A DNA stretch of 64,000 bases from Paraphysomonas bandaiensis (taxonomy: Eukaryota; Protista; Chrysophyceae). Positions 1 to 13,512 of the stretch are shown piece after piece; positions within the stretch are counted from its first letter, which is position 1, and each line of letters starts with the position of its first letter. The DNA lies in contig CBFFRP010000432.1 in NCBI GenBank assembly GCA_965644295.1, forward strand, positions 392,214-456,213, read 5' to 3'. The notes beneath the pieces were generated by a model. That model was not told the DNA's origin, ran no database searches, and saw only the letters and a list, made by a program, of their open reading frames with translations. The translations under genes and the position numbers were made by a program.

Positions 1-336
1 GGACGGAAAGATGGTTGAAGTATTGAAGTTGTTGTAGGAAAGAAGCCGAAAATGGGAACTACAGTGCTGTAGAATATATATACGACTGTGTTATATAGAG
101 CCACATGGTTCTACAATTGTTGTATACGTCCAGTATATACATATATACAATGCAGTTGGGGAATACTACAGCTGTACATTGCACACAGCACGACTGCATT
201 GGGAAACTTAATTAGATTGAAAATCAATGCAATCTATCTATTCACCGCATCACCTTTATTGAATTTGAAACAAAACACATTATTCATTTGCCAGCAGAGC
301 TGCAGGCATTAGCTGTGCTCCTCTGGGAACGAAATA

Positions 337-1692
337 ATGTGTATAACCCATGTATCCACACGATCGTTAAGATTTAGTAACGTGCTCGTTGTAGTTAAGC
401 AAAGTGCCTATGAAACATATATGCAGGTTAGTAGGACTATTATATGGGATCGTATTATAATAATGAGGAGTGTACTTAGATGAAAGCACAAGGGAATGCT
501 CCTGTTGCCTTAAGATGGTCACGACTGAAGAATCGATATGAGGTGCATAGGAGTTGTTTAGGAGCGGTGGTCAGTTTGCTTGAAAAAGTTGGATGTAACC
601 ACCATGTTGTTGAACGTGCCGAAATGCACCGTGGAATGCTCGATGGAAAAGACCTTGTAATCACTGTTGGTGGAGATGGGACAGTTTTAAATGCAGCATC
701 CTTCGTAGGTAATGATATTCCAGTTCTAGGCATCAATTCTGACCCCACCAAGCCTGAGGAACTGGGAGTAAATAAAGTAGAAGATGAGCGGCGTAGTCGC
801 GGAGCACTTTGTGCACTATCAGCGAACAATATCAATGACCTTCTTCCTCTTGCCCTGACTGGTCAACTCTCGCCGAGGACACGTACTCGAATTCAGTGTG
901 TTGTGAAGAGTACTCACACTGAAACGAAGCTTGCCCCGGCTCTCAACGACATTCTAATCGCCCATCCAAATCCAGCACAGATATCACGTTTTCGCATGAC
1001 CCTTTACCACAACCCTAGGTTCTACGAAAATAGCAACACGATATTCAAACCTGATCCGCCGGATATGCAAAAGGTTGGTTATGCTGCGAGCATGTATCGT
1101 GTCATGTGTTGTGCTCTCCAAAATAATAAGTGTCTTTTTTCTGATTAAAAGTAATCTGTAACTTGTACAGCTGTTTTCCTTCAATGCATGGTGCTCGGGC
1201 ATGTGGATATGCACTGCTACAGGATCGACTGCAGCAATGAGTGCCGCTGGTGGGGATGTCATGGAGCTTAGCTCAAAGAGGTACCTACATATATTACTAA
1301 AACTTGTTGCGTCTGCTAATAGCTACTGATAGTCTGCAGTACATGGTTCGAGAACATTTAGTGGAGCAAGGTCAAGAGCATTTAAAAGCTGCTGCTCACG
1401 GAATAGTGGGTGCGTCCCATTTTAGAATACCCCTTTATCATATTTTATCATGTGTATTTATTAGGTCGCGATCAAATTATTAAGGTTCGATGGAATTCAC
1501 AACATGGATGTGTGTTTGTCGATGGGTCTCATATGGAGGTATGCTTTATACAAAACGTATACTTCCATTTCCATCTTAACTACACCTTTTATATTGCAGC
1601 ATTCACTGCAGTTAGGTGATGAAGTTGCAGTAGATGGACACGCACCTACATTAGAGATATTTGAAGTGCCGCACGATATAGATGTACTCTAG
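337..1692 (+). CDS. NAD(H) kinase, multi-exon
   Basis: GGDGT motif (VITVGGDGTVLNAA), PVLGINSDP, ALND and WICTATGSTAAMSAAGG. First exon ATG at 337, intron 427-479 (GT..AG), last exon ends at TAG 1692. Internal exon limits approximate. Confidence 0.9.
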
Positions 1693-2074
1693 ATTATCGG
1701 AGCTAATGACACTACCTGAATCGGTTGAGCAGGATGAGGACATGACTTGAGTCAACATTTATCCATTCATGATTTTTGCGATGTTTTGAATATTATTCTA
1801 AACCATCCTATTTTGATAACTAGAAGGGTAGAATGTAGCGGCATTTTTTTGGTAAATCATTGTCAAGTAGTGTGCTACAGTTTAAATAATTCCACCAGTC
1901 CATACAGAATACAGAATGAGCTTTTTTTTAGTTCCTTGTGGTATATTGTGTATCAACTCAAAATTCAATGACAGTCTACAATTATTACACCTATGTAATC
2001 AACCAGCTTGTGACTTGACAGCTATATTTTATAACTTTCTTGGCCCCTTCACTAGTATTCGCGATAATTCACCT

Positions 2075-2552
2075 CAGGGATAGGGAACAATATATTGCAA
2101 TATATTGTAAAATATATTGATTGGTGGACTGGTCAAATATTCCATCAATAGTGTTTCTGTTAAAGGAGCTCACAATACTATTGCAATACATTGCAATCAA
2201 TATTATGATAGTCATATAAAAAAGATTCTCAACTGTAGGGTGCAAAATGGATATAAATAACCGAGAAATTGATTACAACATTACAAAGGATAATGAAGCT
2301 GATGTTGACAATGCGACTAAAAATCTTCAGTCAGCTCAAAAAATTAAGAAACGTACAGATCCACGAGTCATTAAAAATGAAATCTATGGATGTGTTTACC
2401 TACTGAGTAGTCATACTAATATATTGCAATACATTGACAATATATTGCAATATATTGTAATTGTATTGTAGGACCGGTTTAAAAATTCCATCAATACTAT
2501 TGATGGAACGCTATCTAACAATAGTATTGCAATATATTGTTCCCTATCCCTG
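2075..2552. mobile_element. Non-autonomous hAT-type element (MITE or internal deletion derivative), 478 bp
   Basis: 28-bp TIR CAGGGATAGGGAACAATATATTGCAATA at 2075 with its reverse complement ending at 2552. Perfect 8-bp TSD ATTCACCT at 2067-2074 and 2553-2560. Subterminal ATATTGCAATA repeats. Confidence 0.92.
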
Positions 2553-2968
2553 ATTCACCTGATATCCTCCTGCATAGATAATAAATAAAATATTGAAATG
2601 TTTTGAAATTTGAAATATATTACTCAGCCACTTAGCGAATATACAATATATTATACAGCTACGTATTTTCATACATTGTACCTCGGGCCGTAGAGGCACA
2701 TCAACAGTTTGTAGAGTACATCACGTATCCCGACATTCCTCAAAGAAGGAAGTGGTAACAGTATTACAAGTAGTATAGTTTATAGTGGTATAATGTAAAG
2801 TTAATGAGGAATTTAGGTGTGAAATCAAACGTTATCGTGTGATGAGAACTTCAATATTTAATTTAATGAACTTAATAAAATAGTATACTGTTTGCATATT
2901 ATAATATATCATGTTCTGTAGTGTATTCATTGTATTATATAGAATAGAGAAATAGTGCGTGTGCACAC

Positions 2969-4179
2969 TTATTCAATACTTTTCAGCGACCTATTTCTTG
3001 TCGAATGGGTCTTATTTCGAAGTGGGGCAAGTGACGGCATTCTTCCCAACTTAGTAGAAGTCGTAACTTCTCCAGAAATGCATCCAATCTTTCTGAGAAC
3101 AATTTTATTATGACCTGATTGCATAGACTGCTTTTGCTGTGGGGTATATGACGCGACTCCTGATCTTTTCGAATCAAGCCGCGGAGTGTGAGGTGTGACC
3201 ACCGAATGAGATTCATCAATAGAAAAACTCTGTGATAATTCCTAACAAGAAAATATAAAACTAAAAGGACAAAGAAGATATCGGTTGTATAGACTACCTG
3301 AGAAAATGAGCAGTCGATGCTGCAGTTATCCTCGCCTCGGATATTAGTAGTTGGCATAGTAGCTAGTATATCGGGGGCTGAATTTGCAGCAGAATTACTT
3401 CTTGTCATCTGAATCGACGACCCTGATGATCTCAAAGAAGAAGAATTTTTATCATCTTTAACTTGTTTCACCACTTGCTCGAGGTAGTACACCATGGCAT
3501 TTGTATCTGCCCTTTCTTTGGCATGAGTGTGCTCAACGCGCAGTACTTTCTTGTGATGCTTCAAGTTATCTCGGCCTTCAGGACAGCCGTAATACTCACC
3601 ACTCATGCGCTGTGCGGTTTTATCGACTATGTGCTTCATCAATACGTTTCGGCGTTCGAGGGATAGTAGGGTCTCTGTAGAAAGTAACTTATCAGAATTC
3701 ACGATACTATCTAATTTTTGAAGTTGAAGTCTTCGCTTCGCATCGTTCATGGCAATGGCATACAAAAACTCGTCGAATGATACATCACCACTGTTATCTG
3801 TATCCATTTCTTTAAATATTCGTTCCACATCTTTCTTAAATTTGACCACTCCTGACGATAAAAGAGTATTAGTCAACTCATCGATACCAACACCACCACT
3901 GCGGTCAGTGTCCATGGAATCGAACCATTGTCGATACTGTACCAACTGCTCATCTGAAAATTTGCTTTTTATTTTGCTCGACATAGATTGTCTACGCTGT
4001 GGTGCAGGCCTTAAAGGTGGTAAGGTTGTTGTTGATATAGAGGTGTTGTCTGCCGCGCTCTTCTGCTGCATTGGCATAGAGGGTTGACTGGACAGCAGTT
4101 GAAAACTCCTCCGTGTACATTGTACTGACGGATTGATCGCAGGTACTTCAAAACTACTGTATTTACCGAGTGTAGGCAT
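2969..4179 (-). CDS. EF-hand calcium-binding protein
   Basis: Two canonical EF loops (DTDRSGGVGIDE, DTDNSGDVSFDE). Probable intron about 3243-3295 joins the 2969-3202 frame. Confidence 0.75.
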
Positions 4180-4894
4180 ATATATAACCAGACACTGATA
4201 AGCAAGAACTGCTTATGTAATCATACAATATTTAAACACCATTTCAAACATATAAGCACCCGATTCAAAGCTATACACGATGAGGAGAGCTCATGTGAAT
4301 GGGGAGAATCATATTGGGGTCATGTGGACTGTGTTATCTGGACCATAATCCTCGGAGATAATATATAGGAGATATATATATACATGGTGCTGCGTACACT
4401 ACCATTTGTACGTACATATACAGCCAGTACATACTTGTGTAGATAGCTGAAGAAAACGTGGATCCAGATCCGGCTACCCTCAAATTCCCTCACTCTGCTG
4501 TATTTGCAGTAGGAGTCCATAGGAGTGCAGAGTGTCCGTGGTATGGAAGTAAAACTTCTGGATATGGATTTTTTCCTTTTTTTAGTGGTCTAGATGCGAG
4601 GGAAGAAAACCTGGATTTTTTGGCAAACCATGGACATCCCTACACAGTATATACGGCGCTGTATATGAGTATCATATACCGTATATATGTACACTATGTA
4701 TTCTATATGTATCTGTACCTACTGTACTCATAGTGTATATATGTATAGTACAGCATGCATGTATTGCTGTACTGCTGTATGTAGATTGTATGCTACTTAT
4801 AAACGTCTAGTTGCATATATAAATATTGATATCATCATATCCATCTACACACCCCTTACCTCCATATTCTAACGATAGCACCACATCATCCACC

Positions 4895-7846
4895 ATGGGC
4901 TGCGTTTCAACAAAAAATCTTGAGGCAACCTGGGAGGAGACTGTGGATGTAGAGGCACGTAAACATTTAGCTTCATCACTTAAGAAACCAGAGCCATGTA
5001 TACTCGATCCTAATGATTACAAAATCCTTAAGTTTATTCAACAAGGAGGGATGGGGAAGGTTTACTCTGCTCGTCATAGAACAAGTGGAGAAATTGTTGC
5101 ATGTAAGTTTTTTGGATATACACAAAAACGACCAAGCGATGCGAGTATACAGTATGAAATTGATATTATGCTGGCTTTAGATGGGATAGATGGGGTAGTA
5201 GGTATGAAAGGTATATTCATGGATAGTCCAGAGGGATACATAGATAATAAACGACATTGTGGTCAGTATCCAGTCATTGTTATGGACTACCTATCAGGCG
5301 GTGATTTGTTCGATAGAATTCACTATAAATCAACTGTATCTGAAAAAGATTTGGCAAAAATATTTCGACAGGTGATTACTGCATTAGATAGTGTGCATAG
5401 TCGACGGTTTATTCATCGCGACTTAAAGCTGGAGAACATTATGATGGTGTCCAAGAGCGACGATTCATCAGTGAAGTTGATAGACTTTGGTATGATGATG
5501 AAGTTAGAAGAAGGAGCCAACACTGGTACTTGTGATACTATATTTGGTACTGCGGGATATATAGCACCAGAGACTCTCCAAAGACGCCAATACTCATTTG
5601 AGAGTGATATTTGGCAGGCGGGATGTTGTTTGTACTCCTTGCTAAGTGGGTATTTCCCTTTTCACCCAGAATACCCAAAACAAATAGTGTCTGGAAACTA
5701 TTTTCCAATGACGGGAGAGGGCTGGGATAGCATATCTGATACGGCTAAGGATTTGGTTCGCCGTATTCTTGTACCTATCCCTGAGCAACGTCCTACCACA
5801 GGAGCCATTCTGTCCCACCCGTGGCTAGTGGATGAAGTGCCCAATAAAGATCTGGGTGTTGATTACTTTACTCGTATTAAGAATCTTGCACTGCGTCAGA
5901 AACTAAAGAAATTTTTTATTGAAAACGATATTGAAGCTCGCCACAAGGAAAGACGAGAGCACTTGAGTCAACTGGTGCCTTACCTCGGGCGACCTCGAGG
6001 AACATCACTCCGCAGGGGCGATGTGGACCCCTCCGTTCCTCTCACTGAACAAGAGAGAGAGGATGAGGAGTTCGGAGATAAGATAAAAACTTTTCATGGT
6101 CGTGTGGTGAAGTCACTTGCGTCGTCTACCTCTGGCGAGGTAGCGGGTGATGAGTATCTTATTCCGCGAGGAAAGATCGACTTTGAAACTTTCACAAAAG
6201 TGCTCAATGAAGCAGGCCTATCTGAATTAGCGAGCGAGAGAGTGTTTGCTATATTCGATATGGATAGCTCAGGTAGTGTTCGTGCTAGCATTAATTTATA
6301 CCTATAATGTGTACATATTTTTCTAAGGTGGCGTTGACCTTAAAGAGTTTCTAATCACTATGCTCGCTTTCCGACCAATAGAAAATGAAGAAAGCGAAGC
6401 AGTTGTGACGGATGCGTCTTCAAAATCGGATAATGATACGTTGGAGACTATTCGACTGTATTTCAACGTGTTTGTGAGTATAATTACGTATCATGACATG
6501 TTTTTGTAATCATTTATTAGGATATTAACCAAACGGGCTATATTGACCTGGAGGAACTCAAGCTTGCGGTAGGATGCCTGCTGTTGGATGAATCGAATCC
6601 TCTCTATGCCCAGCCCCCTGCAATGGTTCATCGCCAGGCATCTGCCGTTCATCCTGCCAGTCTTTCTAATGTGGAAGACCTTTTTGCCGTGATGGATGTG
6701 TCGAAAGACGGAAGAGTGGACTTTGATGAATTTAAATCATTTTATACCGCAGTCATGGCCGCATCTACTTCGCGGAACTTCCAATTCTCCTCTGTCTCCT
6801 CTAATAGTACTATAGATTCTGCTAAGCTGAAGCAAGGATCTAGTTACTATGTGTCATCCGATAGCCACTCAGTAATTCCTGGGTCGGATAGCAGCGCTGT
6901 ATTCCCTGATTTAAAGGACAGTGACAGTCGTGCAGCCTTAGATGTAGATGACAGCAGCGGTAGTGTGAAATACTCCCTCGCATCTACTGCTTCAACGAAC
7001 TCACCATTGGAGGAAAAGAGCGACATTCCAGGTATTGTGCAGGTACTTCCTGCCATTTCCGAAGGAATACAGCTGGAAGGAGAAATGTCGGGGGAAAGTA
7101 CAACACCTCCGCGCGAGTCAAGCGATGATATATTGCGAACTGATAATGATGAGGATAAACTTGACAGTGGCACGACAGTCAAGTCGACAAATGTGGACTC
7201 AGATGTGGAGTCCAAGCTATCTACTTTCCCTGCTGTTGACGAGCAACTCTCTGAAAATGATGCCGACCGTTTGGTCGTGTCTCCACCTGATGCAACTACA
7301 GCGAGTACGCATAGTCCAGGTGATAAGGAAACATCCAATTCGATCGCAGCGAAAGATAAATTGGAGCCTGCTAACACGAATATCAGTTCTGGACTTGCAT
7401 CTCGTATTGCTGTTCTGGATACCAGCAAGATAGGTCTCCCGGGTGTACCCCCTAAATCTTCAAAAACAGATGATAGTGGTGATAAAGTCTCAACCGGCCA
7501 GCCATCTACCGCTGAACATAGGTCTCAAGGCAATCTTCTGTCGACTCACCAATCCCCATCGTTTAAAAAGAACGTCAGTTCTGGTCTTGCATCACGAATG
7601 GCGTCACTTGATCCTAATAAAATCATATTACCTGGAATGGTTCCACCGCCGCATTTGGGAAAAAGTACTTCTGCTGTTTCAAAATTGGCTACTATGAAGA
7701 GCGATGGTGATAGCGCGGGTGGAGCAATAAGAAATGTTACTTTAAATCGAGTCACTCTAGACTGCAGCAAGAAGCGTCATAAAAAACGAGTCAAGAATAT
7801 TAAAGATGCCGATTTCTGTACTGAATCTGTCGTGGATGCGATATGA
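4895..7846 (+). CDS. Calcium-dependent protein kinase (CDPK-like) with long Ser-rich C-terminal tail
   Basis: MGCVS N-terminus (acylation-type). Kinase motifs HRDLKLEN, DFG and APE. EF loops DMDSSGGVDLKE, DINQTGYIDLEE and DVSKDGRVDFDE, the first two assembled across short introns near 6273-6328 and 6474-6520. Confidence 0.88.
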
Positions 7847-8279
7847 TGACGACAAAAATATATATTATTGCTAGTACTATAGCTGCTATGAACATCACAC
7901 TTCATAACCTGAATTATTATATCTTTTCTTCATGCTGCCGTTACCTGTCACACAAATGGCAGCAATATGATGCAGATATGTGCCACGCAAGGCTTCTACC
8001 TAGTGGACCTATGTTGTTTTTGGATGAGATGTAACTAGTTCTGTAAATATATGATAACTATTTCATCTGAACAAGATAAATGCATCAACACCTATTCTTT
8101 GTGTTTTCTTTGCCCTGCTTACTATGAAATGAGCCCCATTTCGTCTCGAGAAATTCTATTGATTCAATAGAACACTCATTCTGCCAGTGGGATATTATAA
8201 GCCCATATTAAAACGATAGTATACAAGCAATGACAGTTCAAGTTCTTTGAAACCTTTTCGATTTAAGAAAATGACATTT

Positions 8280-11200
8280 TCATTTCACGATTTTACCTTG
8301 CAAAAGAGAGTATCGTCCCTTATCAAAAGGAGACTTCATGAGGTTGATCTCGTCTAGCAAAGACGAATTCTAATGGTATAATTTAAATTATTGCACTATT
8401 CACCTTCTTCCTTCATACGCTGCAAGGACTCTACACTTTATGAACAATAACTGCATCAATACAGTGGTAACGTAAGCAAAAGACAATGCAGAAACTCTAG
8501 CTAGAAGTAAACTTAATCGAAACACAATGCACATCATGAAGAACACAACTAACAATTAGACATCCTGACACAGACTACTTCTTCAATGAATCCACAAGAA
8601 TTTTACTCTGAACGTTTGGTCCGCTCGACGGTCCAGAAGACGCAACAGAGGCTTGTCGACTTGTTTTCTTTATTTGTCTGCACTGTATTTCCAGCTGGCG
8701 CCTCTCTTCCTGTACAGCCTATATTGTACGTATGAGCTTCACGTACATACGGCACATGAAAATATATACCTTAAGTTTTTCTTTAAGGAGAGGAATGTCG
8801 TTCGAAACAATGTCCGACAATCTCTGGCATTCCGTTTCACTTTCCAGTAACTTGACTTCCATGTTCTGATAGTGACTAGTCTTTTCAGTTAATTCCGCCA
8901 CAACTGCACGGAGTTGCTTATTGTTTTCCTCCAGTGTGGCAATAACCTTATCTTGCTCCTGTAGTGATCTCACCGCTGCCCGGGAAGCTCCTCGCAAACG
9001 CGCTACCTCGGCCAGCATTGGAGCACTTTGTTCCACTCTAACTTTATAACGGTTGACTTCGTCCTGACAGGCATCCAATCGTGCTTGTAAGGCTTTTACC
9101 TCACCCACCTTGCGCTCCAAAGACCTCACACTTATAGTAAGATCCCTATTCTCTCTCGTTTTCTGTTGCAAAGCAGCACGTAGCTCGTCAACCTCTTGTT
9201 TGGCTGTCAACCTTCCTTCCCCTTCCACCTCTGCCTCCGAGGCAGCAGATATAAGCTTTGCCACTCGGCTTTCGCATACGTTTAATTCTTCGCGTAGCTT
9301 GGCAGCTTGAGCTGCTTCGGCACGTGCCTCCAACAAATTGCTCCTCAGCTCAGTTACAAGCATTTCAGTTGAATGCAACTTCCGCGCAACTTGTAGGCGT
9401 TCTTCTTCGATATCTCTCTGGTGTTCAATCTGGCCCATTAAATCAGATACTTCAGTCTTACTACTATTGAGTTCCTCCTCCACACGATTCAGCTTCTGAT
9501 GAAGAGCTAAATTGTCCTGTAAGCACATTTTCAATCGCTGCTCAGCATGTTTAGCGGCAATGCCTCTATGTTGTTGTTCCTTGAGAACTCTAGCATTGGC
9601 AGTTCTTAAGTCCGCAATTTCATCTTTCAACTTCATAACTTGTTCTTCCGATACAGTCAACCCGCTAGTGCCAAAGCCGACCTCCACCTTGCCAAAATCT
9701 CGCTCTTCTTGTGCTTCCAATAACTCTCGTTCCAGTTGTTTAATACGCCTACCAAGTTCCATATTCTTCGTCTTCATTTTCTTTACTTCATCCTCTACGT
9801 AGCTGACAGTGTGTATGCGGTCTCGTAGCACTTGGACTTCGACAGCTACTGCTGCAGCCCCCTCCTTTTCTCTAGAAACACAACACAAATTAGCATGAAT
9901 AAATTATCTGGAGCATATACCTGTGCTCCTGCTCCGCCATCACAGCTACTTCAGCTAATCGCTCGTCGTTAACAAGTTTGTTTAGTTTCCATTTACCTAG
10001 CTCACGCATATCTTCCCCTTTTTTTGACAACTGATGTATATACATCTGAAAGTTACTTAGCCAGCCATACGACACTTCGCGTACCTGATCTGATAAACTT
10101 TGGGTTGTAGCCTCCATAGCAGCAATGACAGCGGACACCTTGTATCCACAGTAAAACCATAGTAAACATTTGCCCAATATCACTCACCTGCATCATCTTT
10201 TTCTTAGGGGAGGAAGGTTCGTCGACACTAATGGTTACTTTCCCTTTTTTGGCCGGTTTCCGAATTCTTGTACTAGGGCTAACAAAGCACTCAGGGGAAT
10301 TAGGGTTGTCATTCTCGACCCCTTTCTTCTTCTGACCTTCGCTATCCGGTTTTGATGATAAATCGGCGTCTTGCAACGGTAAGAGTGCGCTGGGCGTTGT
10401 GAGGAGAGATCCCACCAACATATTATCCATTCCACGAGATGACACAAGCACTCTCAATTCCTGCGCGGTCCCCATTATATCTTCAAAGGTGGCAACCTCA
10501 GGTATTACAACGTCTGGTACTTTAGATGCTGTGACTGCTCCAGGATCTCCGTCGTTGTCGTAGTTCTTAGTAGGGTCATTTTCTCCAGCCACGGGAGAAA
10601 CCATGTCGTCTTCCATACTTTGTACTTGCATTTGTATTAACTCCAAAACTTCCAGGCGCATAAGAGTACGACGTAGCTTATCCTAAAGATGTTCATTAGC
10701 GACAAGATATACTTACATGAATTGCGCTTACTTGCGTCTCCATCAGTTCCTGAGACAGTTCAGCTTCGACAGTTGCAGTACTCTCTGCACCTGAGGAAGC
10801 GCGAGCCGCGACGCTTGCCCCACGTGCGGATTCATCAATAGCGTCACCAATGTGCTGCATTTCATTCATAAGTAACGATGCGCGGTAACCCATGCTCCCT
10901 GGGATAGCTATTATTACTTGAACAACACAAGGCACATGCTGTGTCTACCTGTGTAGCTCAGTCGTTGCGTGGGATTCAGAACATCGAATGAGTCGCGGCG
11001 CAAACCCATTGGACCTCCACCAATCATACTCATTGCACGCATACCTCGAGACATCTGGCTGAACGAATCGCTCCGAGATCTGTACAAGCCAAAATCTTCG
11101 CCTATATCCTCACAAGTCCCTCCATTGGCTACCACGAAAAAAAAGTCGATGGCCTTCAGGGCAGAATGTAGCAATGCTAACTGTCTTCGGTCCAATGATG

Positions 11201-13030
11201 AATCTATTAGCTCATCAACGTTATAGCTCTGCATATGCTTCATATCGGGAGAGCCGAAGCCCATAGATAAACCCTGTCAACGTAACCGATAAGTCTAACA
11301 TATATTCACAGCAAACATGTAGAGAATTTCGTCATTGACGAATTTTATCCTTCGGATCACTTACAGGAGGTACACGATATGAATCTTGAAATGGACTTCG
11401 CGAACCCGAGAATTGCGCGATTCCATCTCCTCGTAATCCCTCCCTCGAAAACCGCCCCTCCCCCCTCCGACTCTCTTGATTGGTTGCCAGTATACTGCTA
11501 CTGCGTCTGGCCTACACAAACCACGCATACATGTTATCAAATCAATAAAAATAACACTTTATAACTACTACGGGGATACTTATTTATTATATTGAAAAAC
11601 AATAACACTAGCTGACAAACAAATAAAAATACTCTTACTCAAAAGTATAAAAATTTGCTGATCTGAATACCTGAGCTTTAAGCGAGCTCGCTTGTGTCAT
11701 TTCAAAAGACATTCGACGAGTAGCAGCGCAGTCAGGTCGCTTTGGCTGCTTCCACACAAGTGACGCAGACCCCCTCCTAGAATTACTTCCTTTCTTCATT
11801 GGAGTGGAATCGCCATCGTCGTCGTCGTAATCTTCTTCGAGACCTGAGTCAACCAAAAAATATACAACGTGTATCAGAGAGATGTGAAAAAAACTTAGAG
11901 CACTATCAGTACACTAACACATTTCAATTTTCATAGAAACAAATCCATCATAGACACCTTCCGGTACAATATTAGCTCCACCAGCATCCCGCAATGCAGC
12001 CTTAATTCTAACGAGAGAAAGATGCAGTTGAAGTTTCAACTCTCTCGATGCGTCCACATACGTATCCTTCAGTATTCTGCATGATTCATTAGATATTCAC
12101 TACATATTATGAAACTAATATTACTTGGCTAAGACAAGTGAGGGAAAATCAGAAATGTTAATATTAGATTTCCGTTTTAGTCGCTGCTGCAGAAGATAGT
12201 ACACCGCACGCATTGCCTGATGAAACTTTTCAGGAGGAGTCGGGACAGAAGCCGAGCTGGTGTACGACGAATCAATATCGTTCATAGTAAAGGCACCTTC
12301 CAGCTGAGGATTGGAAATTGAAGCCAGCAAGTCAGATGCGCTATACTATAACATTAGTGCACCACATGTACTAGCTGCGAAACATACCTCGAAAGACCAG
12401 ATGAAATCACATCATTTGCAAGATCCTGAATATTAACAATATAACCACAATACGCACTTACAAACAAAACAAATATCTCAATACATACCTCAAAGAAAGA
12501 CATGTCATTTTTCTGAAAACGAACAACAAGAGCAGTGGCAAACTCTTCTAATTTGACTCGACCTTTCCCAGTTGCATCGAAACTACGAAAAGCATCCTAC
12601 GCATACAATATCACGCGAAATCAACCATAAATATCAAACCTACCATTACAGAAAAGCTAGAGCTATGATCAAGATTCAGTCCTAAGTCTGTGCTGACTCT
12701 CTTTCCTCTTTCAGTTAAATCCTACGAGAATATTATGACATACACAGAGAATCATATGATTGACCTTAAGGGTAAAGTATCCATCATTCTCTACATCTAA
12801 GTACTCAAAGCATGCTTTAACACGCTGTGCATATCCAATCAGAAGCCCAGTTGACATAAGTTTCTCAAGACGCTTACAGCGCCGTGCATTTTGTCTGTTC
12901 ATGAGTATATTCCGATATACAGTCAGTATATACAGTCAATCCTCATAGTATTCACATATGAAACATATCAGAGATGTGATGAACTTCTGTACTACTTCTC
13001 TATTCTTCTTAATCACTTCCCTCTGATCAT
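8280..13030 (-). CDS. Large multi-exon protein with N-terminal EF-hand-like loops and C-terminal coiled coil
   Basis: Chain of minus-strand ORFs separated by short GT-AG introns. Loops YLDVENDGYF and FDATGKGRVKLEEF, and a heptad-rich E/K/L/R exon at about 8770-9870. Ends approximate. Confidence 0.65.
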
Positions 13031-13512
13031 ACTACAGAAATCGAAACAAGTGGAAGTAATTTATATGACTTGTAACGAGATCGAGAGAGAGATGTGTGTA
13101 TATATACATACAGCAGTAGCATGTACAGCCTTTTACTGTACTGTGGATATAAGCTTTAGGAACTGATTTTCAAATTATATAAATTGATTTTTCGTCTAAA
13201 ATCCATGATATTTCGAGCACATCTCAAAAAATTCAGATATAATGAGAAAAAAAAAACTATTAGTACAATAGAAAGCACGAGCAGCAGCAGTAGATGGTCT
13301 ATCTTCAATACAAACATACACAGCAGCAGCATACATGGCATACTACTGGAGGAACTCACCCACCTCTGCTCTATACAGCAGTGCGTGTGTGTAGGTATAT
13401 ATGAACATGTGGTGCGTATACAACACAACACAATTTTCCAGATGGATTTCATAGACATCACATTAACTTCACCTCTCAACTCACTATAATTACAACACAC
13501 TCTTCATTTATC

